Source: Actinomycetota bacterium
Lineage (GTDB): Bacteria > Actinomycetota > AC-67
Direction of reading: 5' to 3'
DNA: 64,000 nucleotides
Assembly: GCA_046565595.1 (NCBI GenBank)
Contig: JBKHYG010000121.1
Coordinates: forward strand, 330-64,329
Positions 16,896 to 26,464 of the stretch are shown in pieces. Both the position numbers and the translations under genes were made by a program. A model generated the notes under the pieces. The model was not told the origin of the DNA. It saw nothing but the letters and a program-made list of their open reading frames with translations, and did no database searches. Every line of letters starts with the position of its first letter. Position 1 is the stretch's first letter.

Positions 16896-17936
16896 TCACT
16901 TCCTCTGTAGCACGGGTACGACCTCATGCTGGAAGCGCTCGAGCGATCTCCTGGCGCGGTCCTTCGGCATGCCGACGGGAGCGAGGATCCCGCTGATGAA
17001 GGCTTCTCGTAGCGGAAGGTCTGCGAGCCCATCTACCAGCGGCCTCAGTTGTGTGGCGACCTCCTCGGGCGTGCCGATGACGGTGCCCGCTCTGACGGCA
17101 TCTTCCCACTGCGCTGCCTCTTCGTCGCATCCCTCTAGATCGCTGCGCCCCTGAGCCCACCGCAGGTAGGAGCCCCGCGTGTGGAGGACGCCTCGCCGGA
17201 TCGATGCCCAGGCGTCGTCGGCGTCATCACCGATCCCGATGGGCAGGAAACACCCGAACGAGAACGGAGCCGTCACGCCGTGGGCGCCGCGTATGGCGAG
17301 TACCTCCTTGACCTTCTCGAGCAGTTGTTCGGGTCCGCCTGCGGTGGAGGGTGGGAAGTAGCCGTCCGCCTCGAGAGCGGCCCGCTTGATCGCGGGTTCA
17401 CTCGCGCCGCCGAGGAAGATCGGGATCTGATGGCCAGGTACCGGCGTGATCCGGATGTCGTCATACCTCAGTTGGTCGCCATCGGTCGAGAACCGACCAC
17501 CCGACCAAGCGTCGCGCAACATCGAGACGAGTTCGCTCATGCGCTTACCGCGTGCTCGCTTCTCGACCCCGAACATGCGGTATTCCTCTTCGCTCCAGCC
17601 GAGTCCGAGTCCGAGTCGGAGCCTCCCTCCCGAGATGAGATCCACGACGGCGGCATCCTCTGCGATCCGGATCGGGTCATGCAGCGGAGCTAGTAGGACG
17701 CCGGTTCCTATCCCGATGTTCTGCGTGCGCGCGGCGACGGCCGCCAGGAAGGCAAGCGTCGACGGGATGTATCCATCCTCGCTCCCATGGTGCTCAGCTA
17801 GCCAGAATGAGTGGTATCCCAACTCATCGGCGTACTGGGCCAACTCGAGCGCGTCGGCATACAGCTCTCTGTACGAGCGGGTCTCCCAGGACGGCCGCTG
17901 CAGTGTCATCTGCCCGAAGGCGAAAGAGACGGTCAT
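16896..17936 (-). CDS. LLM-class (luciferase-like) flavin/F420-dependent oxidoreductase
   Basis: 346 aa with luciferase-like monooxygenase signatures (FWLAEHH, GGRLRLGLGLGW). Confidence 0.75.
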   Translation of the reverse strand: MTVSFAFGQMTLQRPSWETRSYRELYADALELAQYADELGYHSFWLAEHHGSEDGYIPSTLAFLAAVAARTQNIGIGTGVLLAPLHDPIRIAEDAAVVDLISGGRLRLGLGLGWSEEEYRMFGVEKRARGKRMSELVSMLRDAWSGGRFSTDGDQLRYDDIRITPVPGHQIPIFLGGASEPAIKRAALEADGYFPPSTAGGPEQLLEKVKEVLAIRGAHGVTAPFSFGCFLPIGIGDDADDAWASIRRGVLHTRGSYLRWAQGRSDLEGCDEEAAQWEDAVRAGTVIGTPEEVATQLRPLVDGLADLPLREAFISGILAPVGMPKDRARRSLERFQHEVVPVLQRK

Positions 17937-17960
17937 GACTGCGACGCTACCGTCGCACGG

Positions 17961-18887
17961 TCACTTCGCGTAGGAATGCAAGCCAGCGATCCAGAGGTTC
18001 ACCGCGAAGTAGGTGAACATCACCGCAGCGAACCCGACCGTGTTGATGACCGCAACGCGCGTGCCCTTCCATCCAGCCGTCGAACGGGCGTGTAGTTCCG
18101 CTGCGTAGATGACCCAGGTCACGAAGGCCCAGGTCTCTTTAGGGTCCCAACCCCAATACCGCCCCCACGCTTCGTGCGCCCAGACCGCACCGGCCAGGAC
18201 AGCGAAGGTCCAGATCGGGAAGGCGAATGCCACTGTGCGAGCCGACATGCGATCGAGAGCGAGCGACGATGGGAGGCGTGCCATCAGGCCGCTTCGCCTC
18301 GGTTCCGGGGGCAGGGCTGGGTCGATCTCGGTCTCCGGCTCGAATGTCGAAACATGGGCTGCTCCGACGGTGGATCCGATGGTCCGCCGCTCCCAGCGTC
18401 TCTTGGTGACCGTGAGCACGGTGAATAGGAAGGAGATGCCGAAGAGGGTCGAACCGATGATCGCAGCGATCACATGGAACTTCAGCCAGATCGAGTTCAG
18501 GGCGGGCACCAATTCGCGCGCCGGTACATAGACCATCCTCGCGAAGGCGAGAGAGAGGACCGCGGCGCCTAGGGCGAATCCGGCGAACTCGCGCAGTCCG
18601 AGGCGCCTATCGATCCAGAGTAGATAGACGAGCACCAACAGCAAGCCGAGCAACGATGAGTACTCGTACATATTGCCCCAAGGGACCCTGCCAGCAGCCA
18701 GGCCTCTTGCTGTGACGGATCCGAGATGGACCGCCGCTCCGAGCCAGGTGACCCCTACTGCGAGGGAACCCAGTCGGTCCTTCTTGAAGGCCAGGAACGC
18801 GAAGCTGGCGACCATCGCAACGCCGTAAGCAGCCAACGCCCACCAGAACAGCGAATCCGATAGCGCAGCCAGTCCGGTGTCGATCAC
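17961..18887 (-). CDS. ccsA: cytochrome c-type biogenesis protein CcsA/ResC (System II heme handling)
   Basis: C-terminal W-rich heme-handling motif WGWDPKETWAF. Start set to GTG 18887, which overlaps the resB stop as GTGA and follows a GGAGGG Shine-Dalgarno. The Arg-rich extension in the track was rejected. Confidence 0.8.
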   Translation of the reverse strand: MIDTGLAALSDSLFWWALAAYGVAMVASFAFLAFKKDRLGSLAVGVTWLGAAVHLGSVTARGLAAGRVPWGNMYEYSSLLGLLLVLVYLLWIDRRLGLREFAGFALGAAVLSLAFARMVYVPARELVPALNSIWLKFHVIAAIIGSTLFGISFLFTVLTVTKRRWERRTIGSTVGAAHVSTFEPETEIDPALPPEPRRSGLMARLPSSLALDRMSARTVAFAFPIWTFAVLAGAVWAHEAWGRYWGWDPKETWAFVTWVIYAAELHARSTAGWKGTRVAVINTVGFAAVMFTYFAVNLWIAGLHSYAK

Positions 18888-20353
18888 GGTACCTTCACCC
18901 CTCCTAGTGCTCGTTCGTGCCCGATCACTCGATCGATCTCCTCGACCAGCCCATCGAACTCTTCGCTGGCGGCCTGCTTGCGTTGGAAAGCGTGTCCTGC
19001 GATCTCGAGGACGGTCATGTAGCCGTCCGTCGTGGCTCGCAGCCATACACGGCGGCGGAAACCATACAGGCCTGGGATGAGCCCGACCAACATGGCGACC
19101 GCCCCTGCGAACAGCATCCAGGCGCCAGGGTTGTACCCGATCTGGAACACCGAGTATTGAACCATGTCGGAGAAGGTGATCGTGATGCCGTTGGTCAGCT
19201 CGTCGCTTCGTCCTATCCCCACGATCGAATCACCGACTCGGGTCAGTCCGGCAGGGTCGAGAGCGTAGACATTCTGCGGCTTGTCCAAACCCAGGTCACC
19301 GAGCAGCACCTGCGAGACGATGACAGGGTCGCGGGGCGCTCGGTTGCGGTCTCGCAACCCTCCCTCGGGCCCCTCGAACGGGTCGACGAAGAGTTGCATG
19401 GCGAGACCTAGTTGCTGCGGCTGTGTTCCCGGCACCTTGGCTACCCCGGTCCATGCGCCGTTGTTGGGCAGGAATACGGTGGGGCCGTCATACAGGACCC
19501 GACCCTCCTGTTCGACCTTGATCACCGGAGCCCAGCCCCAGGCGATCTGGTAGATCCTTCGGCCCTCGTACCGCAGGGGATAGTTGACGGTGATCTTCTC
19601 GTCTTCCACGATGACCTGGCCATCGGCGTCGCGCAGGGTGACGGTCGACTCGAAGTGCTTCGGGATCCCGGATGGGAACCACTCGACATCGAACTCCTCT
19701 AGACGGAGTTGGAACCCGGTATGGCGTGAGCCGAAGAAGCGTCCGGGAGAGATGGTGTCGTATTCGGTAGGCGTGTCGGTGAAGGTCGCTCCTTCGACCA
19801 CGAGGACCTGGCCGCTCGCTCCGAAGAGTCTCCCAAGGGCAACCCCGAGCAATATGACGAGGATGGAGGTGTGGAACAGCAGACTGCCCGACTCGCGCAG
19901 GTGCCCACGCTCAGCGGCTACGCCGTCGTCGATATCGACGACCTTGAATCGCCTTCGGAGCAGCACCGAGCGCGCGGACTCGAGGACCTCGCTGGGCGAG
20001 CGGGTCGTGCGCGCGCGCACATACCGTTCCTGACGCTCGAGGTCTCCGGTCGCGTGCGGATCACGACGCAGCCGTCGAAGTTGGACCCGGTATCGGCTCG
20101 TCAAGCAGCCGATCAAGGAGACCAACAGGAGCAGATAGATGGGAGTGAACCACCAAGAGCCGTAGACATCGAACAGATCGAAGAACTCCGCGACAGGCGT
20201 CCAACCCGGGTTCTTGCTCTGCCACTGGCTGACCGAACGCGCCGAGATGGCTCGCTGAGGGAACAGCGAACCCACTGCCGATCCGGCAGCCAAGAAGAAC
20301 AGCAGGATGATCGCCGTACGCATCCGCGTCAGCCCCTGCCAGGCGCGTCTCAT
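18884..20353 (-). CDS. ccsB: cytochrome c biogenesis protein ResB/CcsB
   Basis: 489 aa. N-terminal transmembrane segment, large periplasmic domain, C-terminal transmembrane segment; ResB-like. Confidence 0.8.
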   Translation of the reverse strand: MRRAWQGLTRMRTAIILLFFLAAGSAVGSLFPQRAISARSVSQWQSKNPGWTPVAEFFDLFDVYGSWWFTPIYLLLLVSLIGCLTSRYRVQLRRLRRDPHATGDLERQERYVRARTTRSPSEVLESARSVLLRRRFKVVDIDDGVAAERGHLRESGSLLFHTSILVILLGVALGRLFGASGQVLVVEGATFTDTPTEYDTISPGRFFGSRHTGFQLRLEEFDVEWFPSGIPKHFESTVTLRDADGQVIVEDEKITVNYPLRYEGRRIYQIAWGWAPVIKVEQEGRVLYDGPTVFLPNNGAWTGVAKVPGTQPQQLGLAMQLFVDPFEGPEGGLRDRNRAPRDPVIVSQVLLGDLGLDKPQNVYALDPAGLTRVGDSIVGIGRSDELTNGITITFSDMVQYSVFQIGYNPGAWMLFAGAVAMLVGLIPGLYGFRRRVWLRATTDGYMTVLEIAGHAFQRKQAASEEFDGLVEEIDRVIGHERALGGVKVP

Positions 20354-20404
20354 CCGGGTCTACAGGGTACGCGCCTTCGGAGGGCGGCGCATCAGGCCTC
20401 GCTC

Positions 20405-21154
20405 TTAGATGGCGGGCACGAAGTTGTTGGACCAGCGCAGGATCGGAGCCATCAACGAGGTCCAGAGATCGGTCACGAGCAGGATGCCGATCGCGACCAT
20501 GAAGGTGCCGCCTACGACCTGGATCTTGCGGAGGTTCCTCTTGAAGAACGAGCCACGGAGGATGCGTTCTGCTCCCAGGGACGCGAGCAGGAACCACAGA
20601 CCGAAACCGAGCGAGAAGAAGATCAGCAGAAGCGTGCCTCGGACGACCGAGCCCTCGTTCGCTGCCAGCGTCAGGATGACCCCGAGGCCCGGTCCCACGC
20701 AGGGTGTCCATCCAGCGCCGAAGGCCATCCCGAGAGGGAACGCACCGGCCATGCCGGGCTTTACGCTCTTCAAGAATGGACGCTTCTCGCGTTCCAGGAA
20801 CGGGAAGAGTCGTGGGAGGATGAAGGCCATCCCCATCACTATGACGATCACGCCGGCGATGCGGGTTATCGCCTTGAGATTGCGGGTCAGTACGGATCCC
20901 AAAGCGCTCGCCGAAGCGCCGAGCGCAGCGAAGATGACAGTGAACCCCAGGATGAACAGCAGGGTTGCGAAGATCAGGCGTTTACGGCCTTGGCCCGGTT
21001 GAGCCGCGAGTTCCTGGCCGCCAACGCCTCCCATGTACGAGAGGTATCCCGGCAACAACGGCAAGACGCAGGGCGAGAAGAACGAGACGGTGCCGACGAT
21101 GAAGGCGATCAGCGGCCCGATCGGTCCGAGCAGTGCATCCTCGACGCCGCTCAC
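20405..21154 (-). CDS. ccdA: cytochrome c-type biogenesis thiol-disulfide transporter CcdA
   Basis: Two conserved Cys in transmembrane segments (FSPCVLPLLP, GWTPCVGP). Confidence 0.8.
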   Translation of the reverse strand: MSGVEDALLGPIGPLIAFIVGTVSFFSPCVLPLLPGYLSYMGGVGGQELAAQPGQGRKRLIFATLLFILGFTVIFAALGASASALGSVLTRNLKAITRIAGVIVIVMGMAFILPRLFPFLEREKRPFLKSVKPGMAGAFPLGMAFGAGWTPCVGPGLGVILTLAANEGSVVRGTLLLIFFSLGFGLWFLLASLGAERILRGSFFKRNLRKIQVVGGTFMVAIGILLVTDLWTSLMAPILRWSNNFVPAI

Positions 21155-21750
21155 GCCTGGACCTCTCTGATCAGCCCGACCAGTTCGTCGGCAGAACGAA
21201 CCGCCCCCAGAACCTGTGCCGCGATCCTCCCCTCGGCGTCGATCACGAAGGTCGCCGGCATGACCCGAACCCCGTACGCGAACGCGATGTTGGAGTCGGG
21301 GTCGTAGATGCTCGGGTAGGACACTTCGAACTCCTCGAGGAACGCGATCGCGGCGGCCCGTTGATCGCGCCTGGTGTTGACGCCTACGAATACAACGCCC
21401 TCAGGCTCGAGACGCTTCCATGCTTCTTCCAGCCGGGGCTCTTCGAGCCTGCAGGGTCCGCACCAGGAGCCCCAGAAGTTGACGACCGCCACCTTGCCTT
21501 CGATCTGGGAGGCTGCGAAGTATCCGCTCTGAAGGGTCTCGCCTTCCAAGGCCGGAGCTTCTCGGCGATCAGATGGCGCGATCCGAGAGATGTTCGTGCC
21601 CTCGGCTACAGATATGCCAGCGATCTGGGTTCCAGAAGAGCAACTCGCCAAGGCGAGCAGCAGGAGCGCGGCGGGGCGCGGTCGGATCACACCTGGAAGG
21701 CTAACCAGGACCGGCAGTGGGCGCTCTCGGGTGGTTGGATGAGGGGTCAT
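21151..21750 (-). CDS. TlpA/ResA-family thiol:disulfide oxidoreductase lipoprotein
   Basis: Lipobox LASC and WGSWCGPC active site. Start is ATG at 21750; a GTG at ~21690 is an alternative. Confidence 0.7.
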   Translation of the reverse strand: MTPHPTTRERPLPVLVSLPGVIRPRPAALLLLALASCSSGTQIAGISVAEGTNISRIAPSDRREAPALEGETLQSGYFAASQIEGKVAVVNFWGSWCGPCRLEEPRLEEAWKRLEPEGVVFVGVNTRRDQRAAAIAFLEEFEVSYPSIYDPDSNIAFAYGVRVMPATFVIDAEGRIAAQVLGAVRSADELVGLIREVQA

Positions 21751-22288
21751 GCAGCGTTGGTTGGCGATGGTTCTGCTGGTCCTGGCGGCGTGCGCTACGG
21801 GAGGTCCGGTGGCGGACGAACTCGGGGACTGCTCCGCGCCCAAGCTCTTGAAGGAGGGCGATCGGCTGCCCGAGTGCCGCTTCGAGACGCTCGACGGATC
21901 GGAGGTCGTGGCTACTTCCGACCTGTTGGGCAAGCCGACCTTGCTGAACTTCTGGGCATCCTGGTGCCTGGCATGCCAGAAGGAGATGCCCGCACTTGAC
22001 CGGTACGCCTCGGAGACCCCGGAGGTGAGGGTGCTAGGGGTCGATGTCATCGGGCTTCAGGGCGAGTCACTCGAAGCCGGCCGCAGGTTCTTCGAGTCGA
22101 TGGGGGTTTCCTATGAGAGCCTTGCCGACCGTGACGGACGCTTCTACGGCCTCTTCGGAGCTACGGCCCGCCCCATCATGCCGTTCACGATCGTCGTAGA
22201 TGCCGAAGGGACGGTCGCCGCTCGACGATTCGGTGAGTTGACCTTCGAGGAGATCCGGACCTTGGTGGACGAAGCCCTAGCCGCCTGA
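21749..22288 (+). CDS. TlpA-family thiol:disulfide oxidoreductase lipoprotein (second, divergent paralog)
   Basis: Lipobox LAAC and WASWCLAC active site. Confidence 0.7.
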   Translation: MQRWLAMVLLVLAACATGGPVADELGDCSAPKLLKEGDRLPECRFETLDGSEVVATSDLLGKPTLLNFWASWCLACQKEMPALDRYASETPEVRVLGVDVIGLQGESLEAGRRFFESMGVSYESLADRDGRFYGLFGATARPIMPFTIVVDAEGTVAARRFGELTFEEIRTLVDEALAA

Positions 22289-22389
22289 GGCTTCACTTCT
22301 TCACGAAGGCCCGACCGCCATGTCGACGCGCCGTCGCCAAGCGAGATAGTCTCGCGCTCGAACCGCACCGATCCGGGGAGTTACTGACG

Positions 22390-22812
22390 GTGAACATCAC
22401 CTGGGACCCGCTCGACCCGATCCTGCTGCTGTTCGAGGGCGTTTACATCGTCATCGCCGTCGGACTGCTGCTCTGGTCGTCGAGGGTCAAGAGCGAATGG
22501 GTCCGCGCCACGCTGGCCGGACTGGGGATCTCGATCCTCGGCTTCCGTCTGCTGGCGATCATCCCCAGTTGGTGGCTCTACTTCGCCGAGGGTCGCATGG
22601 GGTGGGGCGGTCAAGGTTGCATCGAGATCACCCCGAACACCCCAGACGGCATCCAGTGTTACAAGCAGGTCGGCAAGGATCTCGTCGTCGTGATCCAGAA
22701 CGCAGTCGTCCTTGGAGGGTTCGTGGCCGCGTTCGTGTGGTGGCAGAAGAAGCACCCGAAGCAACTCGCCCCCGGTGAAGAGAAACTCGAGACCACGGGC
22801 GGATACAAGTGA
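22390..22812 (+). CDS. hypothetical membrane protein, first gene of the cytochrome b6c-like operon
   Basis: GTG start. Three to four transmembrane helices. Its stop overlaps the ferredoxin GTG start as GTGA. Confidence 0.5.
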   Translation: MNITWDPLDPILLLFEGVYIVIAVGLLLWSSRVKSEWVRATLAGLGISILGFRLLAIIPSWWLYFAEGRMGWGGQGCIEITPNTPDGIQCYKQVGKDLVVVIQNAVVLGGFVAAFVWWQKKHPKQLAPGEEKLETTGGYK

Positions 22813-23147
22813 GCGCCAAGAGCAACAAGCCGCAGTTCTACGATGACTACGACCTGCAGGTCGTCGATCCTGGATGGCTGCAGAAGCGCGTCAAGCCCAA
22901 GCGCCACATCGGTCTCGAAGCCGACCTGTGCATCCTGTGTCGCGCATGTGAAGATGTCTGTCCGTGGGATTGCATCTACATGCTCTCTGGCGACATCGTG
23001 GCGACCGCGGACCAGCCCGCGATCAAGGACGCCGCCGGCCAAGCTCATGCTGTGTTCGTGATCGATGACACCGAGTGCACGCGTTGCGGGATCTGCGTTG
23101 ACCGCTGCCCTTCTGACGCGTTGTTCTACATCCGGATGGCCCAGTAG
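22809..23147 (+). CDS. 2[4Fe-4S] dicluster ferredoxin-domain protein
   Basis: Two CxxCxxCxxxCP motifs (CILCRACEDVCP, CTRCGICVDRCP). Confidence 0.7.
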   Translation: MSAKSNKPQFYDDYDLQVVDPGWLQKRVKPKRHIGLEADLCILCRACEDVCPWDCIYMLSGDIVATADQPAIKDAAGQAHAVFVIDDTECTRCGICVDRCPSDALFYIRMAQ

Positions 23148-23177
23148 GGCTGCTGATAGAGGCAGGGGAACCGAACC

Positions 23178-23966
23178 GTGTCGACCAAGGAAGACAAGCC
23201 GCTCCTCCAGGAGCAGTTGACGCTTCTCAAGGAGAAGACGCAGGACTCACAGGTCTGGAAGTCGATCTTCCGGCCGGGGTCCTTCCTGCGCAAGGGCTAC
23301 CGCGACACCTCTCGCGATCGCGCTCTGGCGACCATGAACAATGTCCTGTACCACCTCCATCCGACCAAGGTGCGGAGGCACGGGCTCAAACTGACCTACA
23401 CCTTCTGCTTGGGTGGGCTCTCGTTCTTCCTGTTCGTGCTCCTGACCATCACGGGCATCTATCTGATGTTCTTCTACCGTCCCGCGGTGGATCTGATCAG
23501 TGCGCCGGTCTTCCAAGATATGAAGGACCTGTCGCAGGCCATCACCTTCGGCCAACTCGTTCGAAACATGCACCGTTGGGCTGCTCACCTCATGGTGTTC
23601 AGCGTGTTCCTGCACATGGCTCGGGTCTTCTATCACGGCGCGTACAAGCCCCCGCGCGAGTTCAACTGGGTGGTCGGCGTCAACCTGTTGCAGATCACCT
23701 TGCTGCTGAGTTTCACCGGCTATCTGCTGCCCTGGGACCAGTTGGCGATCTGGGCCGTGACCGTTGGTACGAACATGATGGGTTACACCCCGGTGTTCGG
23801 AAGGCAGGTGAAGTTCGTGCTCGTGGGCGGGCTAGAGGTAGGGCCCCCTACCTTGATCCGATGGTATGTGCTTCATGTGTTGGCGTTACCGTTCGTAGCC
23901 GTGTTGCTGATGGCCGTGCACTTCTGGCGCATCCGCAAGGACGGCGGGATCTCAGGTCCGCTCTAG
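23178..23966 (+). CDS. qcrB: cytochrome b6-type subunit (N-terminal four-helix half of a split cytochrome b)
   Basis: Heme-ligand His residues in helices B and D. Conserved GYLLPWDQ motif. Sized like b6 (262 aa). GTG start with an AGGGGA Shine-Dalgarno. Confidence 0.85.
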   Translation: MSTKEDKPLLQEQLTLLKEKTQDSQVWKSIFRPGSFLRKGYRDTSRDRALATMNNVLYHLHPTKVRRHGLKLTYTFCLGGLSFFLFVLLTITGIYLMFFYRPAVDLISAPVFQDMKDLSQAITFGQLVRNMHRWAAHLMVFSVFLHMARVFYHGAYKPPREFNWVVGVNLLQITLLLSFTGYLLPWDQLAIWAVTVGTNMMGYTPVFGRQVKFVLVGGLEVGPPTLIRWYVLHVLALPFVAVLLMAVHFWRIRKDGGISGPL

Positions 23967-23996
23967 GCCGATGTTGATGTATACGGGAGACTCGCT

Positions 23997-24839
23997 ATGA
24001 GCGATGAAGTCGGTCTCGATCAAGAGGTATTCGATAAGGCGATCGCCGATGGGAAGAGCGAACGCGTGGCTCGCGCGTTGGCGAAATCTGCGTGGGTTCG
24101 TAAGACGCGCGGTCCGGCCGACCCCGGCACCCCGAAGGCGGCAGCGGCCGAAGCTGGCACCCCTGAACCATCGAGCGCGGCACCCGCAGCCGGGGCGGGT
24201 GCAGCCCCTACCGCGACCGCGGTGGCTGCTCCTGCAGCCGGCTCGGTCGAGAGACTGACGCCCGAGCAGCGTGCCGCCCGCGTGGCCGCCGCGACAGGGC
24301 GCAAGGTCGACGAGAACGGCGGGGGCGGCCGCGGCTTGACCGGTGAGCAGACCCAGCGACTCCTCGCGGTGGTCCCGCCGGCCGGTATCCAGCGTGTCTC
24401 CAAGCGGCAGGACGACAAGGTCAACACCTGGCCGCATCTGATCCTCGCCGAGTTCGTCGCGATCCTGGTGATGACCGCCTTCGTCCTGGTCTTCTCGAGC
24501 TTCAAGGACGCACCCTTCCGGGAACTCGCGAACCCGAGCCTGACCCCGAACCCTTCCAAGGCTCCGTGGTACTTCCTGGGCCTGCAGGAGTTGCTGCGCT
24601 ACTTCCACCCGATGGTCGCCGGTGTGACGATCCCCGGTCTGGGCTTGTTCGCTCTTATGGCGGTTCCGTACGCGGACAAGAATCCGAGCATGCGGCCCGA
24701 CCGGCGCAAGTTGGCGATCATCTTGTTCACGATCTTCATGATGTTCTGGGCCGTCTTGACCATCGTCGGTGTCCTGTTCCGTGGCCCCGGCTACAACTTC
24801 ATCTGGCCGTGGAACGACGGCGTGTTCTTCGACCTCTAG
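23997..24839 (+). CDS. subunit IV-like (C-terminal half of split cytochrome b) with a ~140-aa Ala/Pro-rich N-terminal extension
   Basis: PEWY-region motif present as KAPWYFLGLQELL. Three C-terminal transmembrane helices. Confidence 0.8.
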   Translation: MSDEVGLDQEVFDKAIADGKSERVARALAKSAWVRKTRGPADPGTPKAAAAEAGTPEPSSAAPAAGAGAAPTATAVAAPAAGSVERLTPEQRAARVAAATGRKVDENGGGGRGLTGEQTQRLLAVVPPAGIQRVSKRQDDKVNTWPHLILAEFVAILVMTAFVLVFSSFKDAPFRELANPSLTPNPSKAPWYFLGLQELLRYFHPMVAGVTIPGLGLFALMAVPYADKNPSMRPDRRKLAIILFTIFMMFWAVLTIVGVLFRGPGYNFIWPWNDGVFFDL

Positions 24840-24849
24840 GAGTGGATGG

Positions 24850-25578
24850 ATGTTCGCGCTGACCAAAGTTCAATGGGCCGTCGCCGGGATCGCGATCCTG
24901 GTTGCGCTCGCTGGTCTAGCCCTGATGGCCGTGAACGCTCTGGCCATCCTCAGGCCACGCAAACCCGGTGAAGAGAAGACCCCCCGCAAGTTGCTGGGTC
25001 GTCCCCAGCAGCTGTCTCGTCGTGCGTTCTTCAGGCGCGTCCTAGGAGCGGGTTTCGCTCTCGCCATCACCGAAGGTTTGGCGCTGACCTCGCTGGCCTA
25101 CCTCTGGCCGAGCCAGTCAGGAGGCTTCGGCGGGAAGATCCGCCTGCCCGACAGCGCGACGACGATCAAGGAAACCATCGCACAGACCAAGCAGCCCTAT
25201 TACTTCGCACCGGGACGCGTCTATGTGGTCCGGTACGACGCCGCTGACGACGCCAACGGCATCTATACCGATGCCGGCCTGGTGTCCGACGGCCTGATGG
25301 CGCTGTACCAGCGATGCGTGCACCTCGGATGCCGCGTGCCCTTCTGCGAGACTTCCCAGTGGTTCGAGTGCCCTTGTCATGGATCGAAGTACAACAGGGC
25401 CGGAGAGTTCCGTGCCGGCCCTGCGCCCCGGGGATTGGACCGATTCCCGATCGAGGTCGCCGACGATGTCGTCACCGTCAACACCGGCGTGATCGTGACC
25501 GGCCCGCCACGAGGCACCAACACCACCGGCCAGGACCCCGAAGGCCCCTTCTGCGTCGGCGTTGGCGCAGCGGAGTGA
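24850..25578 (+). CDS. qcrA: Rieske [2Fe-2S] iron-sulfur subunit with Tat signal
   Basis: Tat motif SRRAFFRR. Rieske boxes CVHLGC and CPCHGS. Confidence 0.85.
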   Translation: MFALTKVQWAVAGIAILVALAGLALMAVNALAILRPRKPGEEKTPRKLLGRPQQLSRRAFFRRVLGAGFALAITEGLALTSLAYLWPSQSGGFGGKIRLPDSATTIKETIAQTKQPYYFAPGRVYVVRYDAADDANGIYTDAGLVSDGLMALYQRCVHLGCRVPFCETSQWFECPCHGSKYNRAGEFRAGPAPRGLDRFPIEVADDVVTVNTGVIVTGPPRGTNTTGQDPEGPFCVGVGAAE

Positions 25579-25588
25579 GGTAGACCTG

Positions 25589-26464
25589 ATGACGATCCTC
25601 GCACTCTCCTCCCGCACGACCATCGCTTTGACGGTGGCGATCGTGCTCCTGCTGATCGGCGGGCTGCTCTATGTGACGGCCCGCGGAGAGATAAAGGGCA
25701 AGCGTAAGGCTCGCATCCCTGCTGCGATGCGACCGGGTTCCTCCGATGCGGATCTCGAGAAGTCGGTCATCGAGCGGTACCTGTTGGTAGGGGCTTTGAC
25801 CGCGCTCGGTATCGCGATCTGGATGCCGCTGTACTGGCTGAAGGAGCCCTCACGGCTCGCCGGCAAGCAGCAGTTCTTCCTCGAACGCGAGGTCGCCGAA
25901 GGACAGGATCTGTACCTGAGTCTGTGTTCGACCTGCCATGGGCAGGAGGCTCAAGGCAGTCCCAGGACGGTCTTCATCGACGGCAAGCAGTTCCAGTACG
26001 CGGAGCCGCCACTCAAGTACGCCTACTCGCGCTACCGCCAGGCCGGGCGCAACGAGGAAGACATCACCCAGTTGCTTCACGACGCGATAGCACGCGGCCG
26101 CCCGGGTACCCCGATGCCTACCTGGAGCCTCGCCTACGGAGGCCCGTTGAACAGTGCTCAGGTCGAGAACATCATGCTCTGGCTGCAGAGCATCCAAGAA
26201 GACTTCCCGAAACCTGATGCGGGTGCCACTGGTGAGCAGTTGTTCGCTGCCAACTGTGCGATCTGCCACGGTAAGGAGGGTCAAGGCGCGATCGGCCCCA
26301 ACCTTCAGGTCGCCTTCGATCGACTCACGCGCGAGCAGGTCAGGACTGCCATACATGAGGGCCGCTTGAACACGAACAGGCCATCGATGCCTGCCTGGGC
26401 GGGGCTCGGAGACAGGGCTATCGAGAAGCTGATCGACTTCATAGCGAGCATCCAGAAGGGTTGA
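25589..26464 (+). CDS. qcrC: membrane-anchored diheme cytochrome c subunit
   Basis: N-terminal transmembrane helix and two CxxCH motifs (CSTCHG, CAICHG). Confidence 0.8.
   Translation: MTILALSSRTTIALTVAIVLLLIGGLLYVTARGEIKGKRKARIPAAMRPGSSDADLEKSVIERYLLVGALTALGIAIWMPLYWLKEPSRLAGKQQFFLEREVAEGQDLYLSLCSTCHGQEAQGSPRTVFIDGKQFQYAEPPLKYAYSRYRQAGRNEEDITQLLHDAIARGRPGTPMPTWSLAYGGPLNSAQVENIMLWLQSIQEDFPKPDAGATGEQLFAANCAICHGKEGQGAIGPNLQVAFDRLTREQVRTAIHEGRLNTNRPSMPAWAGLGDRAIEKLIDFIASIQKG

Noticed and set aside
19871-21307. 478-aa plus-strand ORF
   Set aside because: It is antisense to resB and ccdA, which have clear family signatures. Its Arg/Glu/Asp-rich low-complexity translation marks it as a GC artefact.
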